From assembly GCA_036172245.1 (NCBI GenBank), contig JAYWIR010000025.1, forward strand, positions 1,860,001 through 1,924,000: a stretch of 64,000 bases of DNA. The letters run 5' to 3'. The position numbers and the translations under genes are program-made. The notes beneath the pieces were generated by a model. That model saw nothing but the letters and a program-made list of their open reading frames with translations. It made no database searches and was not told the DNA's origin. This document shows, piece after piece, positions 1 to 12,559 of this stretch (position 1 is the stretch's first letter; every line of letters starts with the position of its first letter). The stretch comes from Raillietiella orientalis (lineage: Eukaryota).

Positions 1-329
1 GGTGCTTAAGAGCTGTGAGCAGTGGGCAACTTGCAAAAGTCCAGGAACTCGTTGATCTGAGTTAAATTCCGTATAAAAATCCTGCAGGGAAATTCAGTGC
101 ATGATGCTGAAATCCATCTGTTCCACACATCTCTTAAAACATGGAGTCTTGCATCTACAGTCCACCGGGATTTCTGGGTCCTAGATTAAATCACGGGCTG
201 TTTGCTTCGGTTCTACGAGATTCTTACAGTCGTCACGTGGTCTCCTTGCCACTGACTAATCAAAAAAGATCGGAGTCTCGAAAACACATCTTCCGACACT
301 GAGGAATGAGATATTTCTGAACTAAGAAA

Positions 330-1960
330 AAAAATGAAGAATTTCCCAGCCCAATATCCCCAATGAGTGCATTCTGTGTTCCTAAGAAATCAAGGGGATT
401 TCATAACCAGCAGCGGAGAAGTCCCAATTTTCGGGGGAGTTTACTTCCGGGTTCAATTTTCATTTTCATCCTTTTTCACCTCCTGCATGGTTCATCGAAG
501 GCGATAATCGAGTTTTCATTCACCGTCACAGTCAGCCATCTGAACCGTTTTTGAGGACAACTTCCTGATTGCCGTTCTGAGATGAGATGTGAACAATTTC
601 GTTGGCGCAGGATGAGTTGAGTTTTCTGGTTCGAGACGTCTGACTTGGACGATGATCTTCGATGACATCTTCAGAAGAAGAGCTCTCAAAGCAGCGACTA
701 GCAATCGTTTCCAAGGTGGACCGAGGTAGTCGGTGTCCGATTGCATCTGCTTACTTTAAGGAAACAATTCAAATTAAAGTTTGGTTATCGATTACCAAAC
801 TTTGATCGAGAATCGAAAGATGAAGTTGCGATGATTTCCTGCAAGATGAAAGTCATGATGCAAACCACTTCGTACGCGCTGCACTACATTCCTGTATTTC
901 TTTTGGTGTGAACAGTCAGTAGTTTTGGTATTTTTATGAGCACATTTGAAACGCAACACTCGAGAGACTACAATCTCGGATTGGTCCAAGAGCACAGCAC
1001 AAAAGATTGCGAGGGCTTTTAAAATAAACTTTTCAATTCAGAGCTGTCCTCAATTGCTACTTAGATAGTATTCTTTTGCTTTACTTCTATTTTGGATGAC
1101 GGCTTTCTGGAAGCTGCTATATGAGCTTCTCAGAAGCTACTGGGAAATGCAAAAACACCATTCTGTGATCCCAAGAACATCAACAAAAAAACGGAGCTAA
1201 ATTCCTTAATTCCTTAAAGTGGACACGATGATGGGAGTGTTGTTCTTGGTGACGTTCCATCGGAGGAGCAAGGCGATTCCAATTTGCTGCCAGCAGGCAA
1301 TCCATGACTTCTCTTCCCGAGCTGCAGATATGAGGGTCGTTGATTTACAACATCAGATCTGCAATGCTTCCGCTCAAGAAGTGATGCTGATGAATCATTG
1401 CGACACGAAGTGTAAGAGTTCTGCTCCTTTCTCCTGCACGTTTGCGAGCTGAATCTGCCTGTGGGAAGCGTAGTCCAGCTTGAAATCGAAGGCGATCACT
1501 CAGACATTTCTTTAAACAGATGAAGGGATTTGATGGAGGGGGAGAAGGAACCACATTTTCGTCATCCCCGCTCAAAGCCGAGTCGAATGCTTTCTCTGCA
1601 GATGCATAGAGACTTTTTTTGTGTTTATGCTTTTTGCTCCTTCTGCATCACTGCGACATGGGATCAAATGCTGAACGGCTCGGTTTAAAAGTTCAGCGTC
1701 CAAAAGTTTCTGCTCGGTCGTCCTGATGCCGGACTTCACTTCCGACTGAATCCAAAGATTTTGGAGGCTGGGAAAAAAATCTGTTTTTCTGAAAGTAACT
1801 TCCATAGGTACTTTCTGTGGTCTGAAGCCACTGAGTATGAGTTCGGTAGCGAGCAACGATGTGCGTATACAAACTTTGCGCGAGGCAGAGCGCAGTTTCC
1901 GCTTCAACGTGGGATATCGCGTTTTTCAGGAGCGACTTGCTGCTCCCAATGGATACTTTT
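330..1960 (-). mobile_element. Decayed Ty3/gypsy pol fossil (RNase H, integrase Zn finger, integrase C-terminal part)
   Basis: Minus-strand frames give motifs in gypsy order. ORF 1572-1907 'RSASRKVCIRTSLLATELILSGFRPQKVPMEVTFRKTDF' resembles RNase H (AYASR.L...E.E.L....KF..YL.G..F..TDH). An H2C2-like stretch lies at about 1220-1450. ORF 516-746 'VRRLEPENSTHPAPTKLFTSHLRTAIRKL' resembles YR.TP..TTG.SPAEL...R.LRT. By-eye match; catalytic residues are eroded. Confidence 0.5.
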
Positions 1961-2785
1961 TCTTCCTTCCTTTTTTAAAATTTGCTTCCCGTTGCTTGAC
2001 TTGCCGAATAAAAAAAACAACAGCAAAAAAAAAAAAAAAACAAGTCCTCCAAGTAGTTTAAGTTGTACAAACAGTAACGTGAAAATGTCTATCAAATGCA
2101 CTTTGTGGAGCTCAGGTCCGGGTCCACGTTACCATGGTGCTGCATTGGTTTCTCTTTTCCTAATTGCTAATCCGCAAGCTTCCCGAGCAAGCGATTATCG
2201 AGCTATCCCGTCTCGCAATCCGTTTTCATTAAGATTGAGGATGGCTTTTAATTACTTCAATTAAGAGTGAAGTGTTTTCCAAGAGGCAGGACTGTCTGCT
2301 CCGAACGATTCCGTACACCGAACACCTCCGAAGCGCTTTCATCCCTGGATTCCCGAGTTTTGTTGTTTGCTCCGAACAGCGTGCGGAAGAAGGCACAGGA
2401 GAAAAGGGGGGTCCGATCTCCATAGTACCGAAACTGAGGGCAAAGCGTTGCAGTACCGCGAAGGCTCTTCGAACTTGTTGCCCGATCTCGGAAGCACGCA
2501 CGGAGAAAACCGCCAGCTCAAGCAGTGTGAAATTAACTGGCCGCTTTGAGGATCGCTGATGAAACGAATCGGCGATAGCACGAAAAGAGTCCCTGCCTTC
2601 GATAATTGGTGTCAGAGGAGCGAAGTAATAAGGACAAATGGGTCTTTGGCGATTCTACAATGAGGACAACAGCCCCGCCTACGGAGGAACTGTAGGTACC
2701 AACTTTTAAGGGCTCTGGAAATAAGGATTCCTTGTAGAATATGAAGTGCTTGCGGATTACGGTTGGCTTTAAGAACATTTTACTG

Positions 2786-2809
2786 AATAATAATAATAAT
2801 AATAATAAT
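2786..2809 (+). repeat. (AAT)8 microsatellite
   Basis: Read directly from the sequence. Confidence 0.95.
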
Positions 2810-3109
2810 ACACATGCACAAAATACGGAGAGTAAATTTTCCATCTCAAGATATGGACACGAAAGGGCTATATGGAGACGAGGGAGCTTTTTAAGTTTGG
2901 ATGGAAAGAGTTAGTAATTCTGTTTTGGGTTTTGTTTCCTTAAAATTGTTTCCCTGGACCTACAAGTAAACAGTTGGATCTCAAATCTTCCCGATGCACA
3001 CACGACGCAGCTTCTTCCATAGGGTGGGCGACGAAGCAGGAAGGGGAAAATCTCGATCTCCGAACTCGACGTCGCGGGAGAACGTTCCGACCGCTCGAGA
3101 GAGGAGGCG

Positions 3110-4830
3110 CACGTGGAAGACTCCGGGAGAGACATCCGAAACCTGGCACCTTGGCGCCGAAGGTTCGCGAGCCCAGCGCCTGCTGTACTCCACAAAAGAT
3201 CCCGGCGGGCAAGTACACCCGCTCTCACGGGTGCTTTCGACTTTCGTGCTCGAGCAGAGAGCGGAAGTCGACCGGGATTCCAGAGACGCCCTTCCCGCAG
3301 TGGGCGGCCTTGGGGAGGACGAACCCGGAGCACTTGGGTCTGGCGCGAATTAGGTCACCTCGAAGACTCCCTATCCTGGGGTCACGATGCTGAGCGGCTT
3401 CCTGCAATTCCTCGGTCCGGCTGTGCAACCAAATATGTCCACACACATATCTGGTTGTGAGAAAGTTCTCGAAGACTGACGTTTTTCGGCACAATTTCGC
3501 ACTCTGAGGTCGGGCATAACTTCAAGGTGCGCACGGCACCGCATCAATATGCGTGGACTGGGAGGGGGGCCACGGAGACTGGGCACATCTGTTTTGCCGA
3601 TGAGGCCACAGATCTGCATTCTGCGCGGACGTAGCTTAATTGACTGCTGCTAGCAATGTTCCCCCATCAACGTCTCTTGCTCCGTGTGCCCTGGTGATAG
3701 GCAGCAGCATGCTTCAGGGGCTTCCTGAGGTTTCGTAATTCTGTCCGTTGAATGGTACTTCTGAATTTCGTGATCAAAGGAGGAAACAGGCCATCGATGG
3801 TGCTTGCCGACATCTCAGACAAAAGTTTCTTCTGTAAAGCAGGAAAATCGCCCTATCTTCTGTTCGGTGACGAACTTTCCACGACCCCTTTCAAGAATTT
3901 TCTGCAGTGCATCCCTGAAAGACATGAAGTGCTGTTCTGTCCTTGAAGGCACTTTATATGCGAAGAATAATGGCTGCCCCACTTTCAAAGAGTGATGATT
4001 TGGAGGGGATGAGTGTGGGAAGAGGAGGGAACCTGACATGGGTTTTGAGCTCGTTTATTGTCTTTCACATTCATCCGTCGAACAGAGCCGCATCATTTTT
4101 GAGATGGAGCCTCTGGATCTCGACGGATGATGCCTGGATAAGAAGAGTCCACTTGAGAGTGGAGGCACTCAGAGAACCACTTTCCATTGTGGACGAGTTC
4201 CATGCCCCTTGTTCTCGGGAATTCCAAGTCGTTTCCTCAGCTTCCCGAACTCCGGTCTGATCTGTTGCGTATGTCTCGAGTTCCGTTCTAGCTGTTCCAG
4301 AAGTCCACCTCCCGCGTCTCCTTCCAGAAAAGGGATCCCTCAGCATTCGCAGCAAAGGAAGGGCTCGGTCCGTTGTGATTGGAAGCTGTGCAGCCTTCCC
4401 TTTCAGAGAGACTCAAGATTAGACTCCTTTCTGTCTTCTCTTCTGTATTTTGAGGAGACAGCTGTGGACTGCAGGGGGTGATGCAGGGAACTGGAGAACA
4501 TCTTTTGGTCTTCTGCATTTATTCGTGGCCAAATGAAGGGCGCGAATCATCTCCGCAACTTCCGGGTAGGCCAGCGCTTCCTTACTCGATCCCGCCGGAG
4601 CACGCATTTTCGATCCATCGAATTTCCATCTGAGACACCTCTGAAAGGAGCGGTACGAGAGTCGCCTAGGCAAGCAGCCCTCCTTCCCTCGTTTTCCATG
4701 GGATGCATCCCCCCGAGTTCGAAATTCGCGGGGATCCAAGACAGCGCCTACTTGAAGTGCTTCACCTATTATCTTCCCCTAGGACTTCCTAGCTACCTCA
4801 AGGGACACCGGTTTCCGTTGGAGGCTGCGA
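3110..4830 (+). mobile_element. Decayed Ty3/gypsy pol fossil (RNase H, integrase core, GPY/F-like tail)
   Basis: 'KDPGGQVHPLSRV...RDALPAVGGL' is RNase H-like. 'KSFFCKAGKSPYLLFGDELSTTPFKNFLQCIPERH' and 'TLYAKNNG' are integrase core-like. 'LRNFRVGQRFL...SSKFAG...YYLPLGLPSYLKGHRF' is GPY/F-like. The order is correct. Confidence 0.45.
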
Positions 4831-5929
4831 ACTTCTCATCCGAAAACTCAAGACGAAGAGGCGCTCGACCGTAGAGTCTGCATTCTTTTCGAATGGAAAA
4901 ATCGGAAACGAGAATGACAAAAACTGAGTCTGCAGTTTGTTTTCCCGATGCTTCACGGGATACTGCTAGTACAAACTCAGTGAGAGAGGCAGTCAAGGCC
5001 ACGTCTGTGGAAGCAGGGATGGTACTTCACGCTGACATCTGTAAAGGCTCCCACTCGTAGTTTGCAGTTACAAACTCGGGTCAGTTTTTGAGTGATCCGA
5101 TTAGGTGGGGAATGTTTTCGTGCAGAAGGTTTAATTGAAAGTGGAAAGAAATGTCTAGGAAGAGCCCCTCCTGTAATCCTCTATTAAATTGTATCCTCGA
5201 ACAAATGAAACGTGCACTTTCTTCGCATTCTTTCCTTCGTCCAGATGATCGTCAGTCGTCGATCCATTCCTTAATATTACCTTCTTGACTTATTATTAGA
5301 GGTTTCTTTAAAACTTTCCTTCGTGTGATTCTCAACTTTTTGCAATCCTTTAACATTCTCTCGCTTTCTGGAGTATGCGAGGAATCTTCCTGATACGTCT
5401 GCAAATACGATTGAAAGGAAGCGGAGATAGCTGCCAAGGTGAAATCTCACGAACAGGAGTTGCTGGGGTCCATTTTCCTGCATGGGACCCCTGGTTTTCG
5501 GAGGGATTTAGAGCTGCACTCTCAGAAGCCACTACAGAACGACTGTGCCTGCAGCATATGCCACCAGCGAGCGATGTAAGTCCAAAAACTTCAGAATCCA
5601 AGAAAAGTCCAGAAGCCCAAGAAATTCAGAGGATCGAGAATGCTCAAAGGCAGATGGGATGGAGCTGCAGCAGGAACTGTTCCAGTGTTCCAAGTCATCC
5701 TTTTGAATTGATAATTTCTTCGCCTTTCTATAATCACAGGGAGTTCCAGGAAGGCTCGCCAGAAATCTATGGGACAGCTGCGTCTTCAATGGTACTTTCG
5801 TGTAGCCACAGTTCTTCCATGCAGTTCTGTTAACCAAGGCAGCAAACGTACAGAAAATCGCGGTCAGCTTGCCGAAACGAAAAAAAGCAACGATTTTAAG
5901 GACGGATCCTTTACAGTGTTCTGCCTCAA

Positions 5930-6590
5930 GTGAGGCAGGGTGCTTCAGACCGTGAACAGGATTCATTTCCATGTTGCCAAGACCACTCTGCTCTGTCGCA
6001 TCCTTCTTGTAATCAAGTAACAGAGTATGTCCACCAGAGAGAGGCACTGTTCCACTTCTGTTGTTCTGCATGCCTATTGGAATCACACTTTTCTGCCTCA
6101 AGCCCCGATTCGGTAAAGTGGGCAGAGGTATACTACATGGGACAAATCGAAGAACAGCCTGAGGCAGCTTTGCCGTCCCGACACTTCTGCACGGTGCTAT
6201 CCTTTCGCTCCTACCCGAGATTCCAAAATTTTCTTTGGCTCTCCTTCAGCATGCCCAAAGAGGCTTTCTTTTCTCTCTCATTTCAAGTCCGCGGTGTACA
6301 AGGACAATCTCGAGGTCCTTCCTTCCTTGGAATCTGGCAGGGACGCTACTCATTCTGGGACTTGCGCCTCATAGGAGCGCGTTCCGAACTCGGCGGAAAT
6401 CAAGAAGCTCTGCCAAGTTCGGAAGTTCCATCAAAGCAGTTACCTCCGGTCAACTTGATGTGCACGTTTGGAGACAAGAAGCTCAAGAACCGAATGACTG
6501 GCACTTCCCAAAGTCCTCCGAGAACATGGAGCCGCGCGGTCCTCCATGGACGGCCATGGACTGTTTTCGTTTTATCGCTCGAATTTTGAA
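5930..6590 (+). mobile_element. Decayed gypsy-like integrase core
   Basis: ORF 5930-6589 'PDSVKWAEVYYMGQIEEQPEAALPSRHFCTVLSFRSYPRFQNF' resembles D.FTKW.EAY.......VA..L...F.RFG.P..L.SD.G..F. Confidence 0.4.
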
Positions 6591-8949
6591 TGATTAGAGA
6601 GGCAGAAGAGAAACGGCCATTTTTTTTTTCATTCTCTTGGAAGAAATCTAGGAAGATATCTGAAGTCTTACTACGTATGAAGAAGATTTCCGAAAAATTC
6701 CCGTATAGATCCTAGCTGTGGAAGTGTCTTCTTGCTCGTCCCCAGGGTTCCTCGACTTTATTCAAAGTCGACTCAGTTCGAGATTCTCGCCCCAAAAAAC
6801 TAGCGAAGGAGAAGGATTCAGTTGGATAAAGATTGCGCTGGAAAGGGTCGATTTATAGCACCATTGAAGTTTAAAGTATTCCTGCCTTCGTTCCCTGGTC
6901 TCGAATTCACTGGAGTTTAGGGAGTCGAACGTCGAAAGTATTTCTTGTTTCCTCACCAGGTACGTTGGCGAGGAATTCCCACGATCGAATTTGGGATGAG
7001 CACCATCTTGCTGAGATCCCACTTTTTCCCCGGAATGTAAGTGGATTCCAAATTGAACGGAAACCAAACAATTCCAAGAAAGAAGTCACACGGTGTCTTG
7101 GAACTCCCAATACGATTCCTGAAGTTGGAACATCAGACTCTGCTAGGCCCTGTTCCCCGAAACAGGGCTTCCTGGCCGAAAAGCACCTCGTAAATGTGTG
7201 CCAGCCTGATAGTCATCCCCTCTTGGAAGACACTCACTAACCACTACAACATGGCATGGAGCAGCCCGTCCTCGAAGGCGCTCACTGAACTCGACAGCTG
7301 TCGACATCTCGTGGAATCCCAATCTGAATCTCTGCTTTCCAGTCGAGACTTTACACCTGCGTTCGTTGTTTGGAGGAAACTTTTCTGCTTCGCATCTCAT
7401 ACTTGAATCTTTTCACTGCAAGGAAGAGCACGTTGGCGAACTCTCAAGGAGTCGACGGGAAGGCATAATCCGTTGCTGAGCAGAGCGACTCATGTCATGA
7501 GAAACCACGACAGTGCAAAACAAACTGCAACGATCGTCTGCACGTACTCTGCATCCGTGGGTGATAGGTCGGAGGAGGATGGCCTTGAGATCTTGGATCA
7601 ACATGGAGGTGGTATAAGCAGAAAGGATTTTTGCCCGAGGGAATGAGGGAAAAATCGCCAATTTGATGTAAGGACTCGGCGAAAGCACTTACGGGGAATG
7701 AAGGAACATGCTTAACAGTAAAAAACACACACAAAACAAAAACAAAAAAACATGGGGAAGAGATATGCTAAGCGAAAATTAAAAAACGGCATTTGCATTC
7801 TTCTCATCTTGGAAATGGAAATCTTCTGGAACAGCGCTTTCCAAGCACTAACCAGGGTTCAGATCTGTTCCCTCGAGTTGAAATGCTTCCCCCTCAATCC
7901 GATCCAAAACCATTCTGCAATATCTGTGTAATGAATCGCCCCGTTATCTCGAATTCTTCCTTGTTCATCAGCTTTGAAATTACCTTTTGAGATTCAAAAA
8001 AAAAAAGAAAAACAGGTCTCTTTAAAGCTGGCCCTAGAAAGTAACTGTGAGCTTTACCATAGTTCCTGCAGTCATCGGGAGCTTTCCCAGTTCTCTGCTC
8101 GTAATACCGTCAAGATGAAGTGCACTACAGTTTACTATTATGAGATTTTTTCTTACGAAGGCTGAGGTTTCTCAGCAGAGATGTATCCCATTACTATTAT
8201 GAGCACTTGCATGGCTTCAAAGTGAACTTGGTGAACACTACCGTGTGTGTTTTCGTTTTCTGTGCTTCGTTTCCCAAGGATCACTGGAAGTTTCGTTTAC
8301 CATCGTACACTTCGGTTCATTCAACGAACCGAAGTTTACTCCTCCGAAGTGTTGCTCCTCTACGACACTAGAACACACATCGATGGCATCAGGAAGATCA
8401 GCGTTAAAGCAAGCATCAAAACGATTTTTTTTTTTTTAGTTCCCCTTTCAATTAGTTCATTTCCATGTAGATGTGCATCGGTTAAGCAGGAGGCAAATGC
8501 ATGGCGGCACATCAGAAACGCCCTGATGATGCTGAGAAGAATCAATACTTTGAACGATGCTCTTCTTGACGGCCATGCTCCCACTATTGGTTTCGAAAAA
8601 TGCGTTTACATTCGTACAAATTTTAAAACTGTAATTCTTGCAGCTTAAAACATGGCATCCTTGCATATTCTCATGTACGATGTGCTGATGAACCTCGTGG
8701 GAAGGCACAAAGTACTGACAGTGCAAGAGACCATGCCGGAAAAGTAGTTCATTTCTCCAGAATGCTCCTTTGGAAGCAACAAGATAGTAAAGGTTGACCA
8801 AACAGATTTCTCGCTGGTCAAGGGTCGTGTCCTGGTTTGAAGAGTGTGTGCTAGGTGCTGATAAATGTGTTGACAAGCCCTTATTTTGGAGGTGAAAGAA
8901 ATCAATACCTATTGAAGGTGGACAGGAAGCGAGAGGCTGATACCAACCA

Positions 8950-9550
8950 CGGTTAGTCCTGCGGCTTGAATTGAGAAAACAGCAGAAGAAAGCACTCTAT
9001 TGAAAAATGGCCAGAATATTGGTGGGAAAAATAGTCAGCAAAGAGGAGACTTGATTCCATATACCGCTATAGATGGTGTGAAAATCCAGTTGCAGGGAGT
9101 ATCCCACTCTGGTGAGAGAAATAAAAAATTTCCAGATAAATCCAACGTCCGCATTCTCAGGAATAAATTGGCTGAGAAATGGACCGCATGAAGAGTAGCG
9201 CGTGCATTTCCCGGTCTCTGGGAAATATCTGTCTGCTGAATCCGTGTATTCTTGACATCAAAGGCTCAAGTACCACAAGGGAAGCAGATAACCTAGCTAG
9301 GTGTCGTAACAAACAGTGCCCTCGTGAAGTCATTCGCCAAGTGAAATGAAAACTTATTTTCATTCTTGTCTCTCTGAATCATCATTTTCTTCGGAGCATG
9401 CTGAATCAGTTTATATAGTGCATCTGTCGTCCTGCAGATGGTGCCTTCTACGAATGCAAAACTGGAGAGTTTTGAAGGCGATTCCAAGTGTCCCCCATTC
9501 GAAGTATCACCGTAGTGTCAAGAGAGATCAAAGAAAAGTCCAAGGAGCTT
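8950..9550 (+). mobile_element. Decayed PIF/Harbinger transposase fossil
   Basis: 'PYTAIDGVKIQLQGVSHSGERNKKF' (ORF 9000-9191) resembles Harbinger GAIDGKHI.IQ.P..SGS.Y.NYK. Downstream 'EHAESVYIVHLSSCRWCLLRMQNWRVLKAI' (ORF 9346-9552) resembles E...FN..LS.AR..VE...RWR.L. Confidence 0.5.
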
Positions 9551-11599
9551 AAACGGATGGCAGTGAGCCAGTAGAGCAGGAAAAGAAGCCTGTATAGAGC
9601 TATTCTCTGTTTTGGTTGTCTTGCCGTTCAATCGAAAGGTCCATCCATGATCTTGGTTTTTCTTCAAGTATCTCAAGACGCCTTGAATTCATCCTCCGCA
9701 GACGTTGAACGATGCACCATCAATATCATTACATGTCTCGAATATCTCAACAACGCAATCATGCACAAATAAACCATTACATGTACCACTGTACCCACCT
9801 TTTCCATACACATAAAAATATCCTTAATCAACCCTAAGCTCTATGGGAATACATCCTTAAATAAACTGTAAACCATCAATAAAATTCCAGACTTCAAACC
9901 GAGACTCTCCATCCGGTACACAGACCGTATCGTGCATCTCAACCCTGAGAGAGGAGATCTAAAGGATTTGACGGAAGAGCTTTTTCCGACAGCTGCATCC
10001 TCGATTCGACAAGTGGGATACATTTCACTTATTCTTCCCTCCTGGATGCATATTGTGAGGGCCAGTCAAAGGGGTTTATCTGCAGTGGAAGAAGAGAATG
10101 CCGAGAATTTCACTGTCAGGAAACCACTTTTTCTCTGGAGCACCCAGCGTCCACACTTCACCGCAGATGTGGAGTCCGTGCATAGAAATGAAACCGATTC
10201 TGAGACTTGCAATTCCCAAACTGACTCAGCGAAGGAGAAAAAGTAGGAACACGGTGTTCGCTGTTTCTACGGCAACGACTGACATTTTCATCTGAGCGAT
10301 AAAAGGCAAACATTGGCCACGAGACATGGAATAGATGTTTTAAAAGAGATCCATCAAAATTCTTGAACTTGGGGACCGAGGCTGAGTGAACTGAAAGCTC
10401 GAAGAAAAATCGTAGCCAGCGTGGATGCGAAACGCTCATGCAGGACATTATTCGAAATACAAAGGAAATCCAGGAAGCCCATGGAGTAACTTTTCAGCGA
10501 ATAAAGGGTCCAGGGCATCCTGCTCTCAAAGGAAAGGTGTTAGGAAGAATCCGCGTTCTCGCCAAGTATGGAAAACGAGCCGTTCCAAATTGAGAGTGGG
10601 AAGCACGGGACTCAGCGGATAGTGAAGCTAAAGTACAAGGTTTTTATCTGTTTCATTTTTTGTTTTTGTGTTACCACAGTGAACTTCCATATCCACAAAC
10701 GGAGGTTGCTGTCCATTCCGGAAAATTCCAAACAGAGGAAGAATAGCAACGAACCTTCATGGTGGGGAAAACAACACGAGGACCATCCGATGAGAGGGAG
10801 AACCGAACAAAGGTTGTGTGTTCGTGCAGGCTGCCAGGAAACGTGCTGCGAATCTTCCTCCCACGTGGTCGTGTTCAAGGGATGAGACGGTGCAGGAGGC
10901 ACGCAGCTACAGGAATCGCCATGACGAAGAGACGAGCAGGATCTGCAAAGGGGAGTTTGCCTGGAAGGGCATGTTTCCCACTTCAGTGAGTCCTTTTGCA
11001 TATCGCTTGCCTCAACGAGATCTGGAGATGATCGACCAAAACTTCCCTGCTTTCCACACGCCTGATCTAGCCTTGCACCGAATCCTTGAAAGAGGTCTTC
11101 TCTGCCGTCCCTCATGCGGGATGATCGCAGACCTGTATCGATCACGCAAGCTTGTTGTCCTCGCCTAGAAGATCCTTCCTTGCCTATTCCTCAGAGGTCT
11201 TCACACCCGGTCATGCAGGACAGTTTGCTCAAGATAAAGATAAACAAACAAACTGGGAATGCAGTTCTCAATAGCAGCAGAAAGAAGTTCAGGAGGAGGA
11301 AGGTTCTCAGAGACACAGGACGGTTGCTGAGTAAGTCCGGAGCGGGAGGGAGGGAGACAATGAATAAGTAAATAAGAGGGATAGTAGGGACAGGGATGTT
11401 TGGCAAAAGCTGCTCCTTTCTTCTCAGAACCGGCGCAGAATGCCGGTGATCTCAGGCTTAACTTCCTTTTTCAGGTGAGACCACTTCACAACCGTCCACA
11501 TGTGGGCAGCCTCCCTTCTCTGCACCCGACACTCCAGCATATGGAGGGGCTGTGACGATGGCGCGGATGCAACGGATCGTTGCAATCGCGGCTCCTATC

Positions 11600-12320
11600 T
11601 AAAGTTCTCCAAGAGCGGAGAACAGCTTAAGCATGCCCTTCGCTGTATTTCCCGGATGAAGCAGTTCTGAAGACATCATCAACCACAATTCCTGGAGGGA
11701 ATCGCAGTCAACAACAGGTGCAGGGAGGATTCGGTGGTGGTCCCGCACTTTAAACAATCCGGGAATACATCTTTTCCGGAGACGAGGTGTCGGTGCTGGT
11801 TAAACTGAAAGTCCTGGTGCAAAAAAACCATCACCATTGTGCTTCCGTTTGAAAGGATCATGCTCAGATAAAGGCATTTCGAAGTGCTCCCTTTAAATTC
11901 CTCGGGAGTTGCACTTTACATTTCCCCCAGCCGAAGGATTCTCTTGGCCCGACAACGCGGAGTGTTGGAGTCCACCAGCTCACTCGTCTTCTAGCCATCG
12001 AAGGGTTCGGTCGCTTCAGCAGTGGTGCAGGAACGCTTCCACCCCGCCGGTTGGCAAACTGTCGTTGCTTTCGTGGTCGTACCAGCTCATCTCAGAGGCT
12101 GGTCAAGTTTGTACTTCCTCTTAGTGGGACTTCGGCGGTCGGTAGACGATTTTCCACATCCTTTGCGTGGGATGGCATGGAGACCGCTCGGCAAATCCTC
12201 GAGCGCGAGTTGATACTTTTGGAGCAGACCGGCATTGAGGCGACGCCGCCGCCCCTGAAGCAAAGCCACTTTAGGGAATTCCAGGGATGCGGCGACCTCC
12301 TCGGCCAATGATCAACCAAA
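11600..12320 (-). mobile_element. 3' fragment of an L1/Tx1-like LINE ORF2 with CCHC zinc knuckle
   Basis: Minus strand 'FPDCLKCGTTTESSLHLL' continues after a 1-nt frameshift as 'DCDSLQELW', giving Cx2Cx8Hx4C. Upstream 'PWNSLKWLCFRGGGV' resembles the W..L..PK..GGLG motif. Confidence 0.5.
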
Positions 12321-12559
12321 AGTGGACATGGAGACCAGGATCTGCCTAGCCCTCAGCTGCAAGAACTAGTCTAGCCCCGATTACGAGAACAGACTTCCAT
12401 TGTATCGGAGTGCTCTTGTGCGACCTTCGGACCCGTTGTACTCGGTGGTAGTAAAGGCTTGGAGCCACGCGGCTCGAATGCAGCGTTCATCCATCGTCGA
12501 CTGAAGTCTCCCGTAAGAGTGAAGGAGTGAAATTTTTTCCCTGCCTTCAAGGATAAGTC

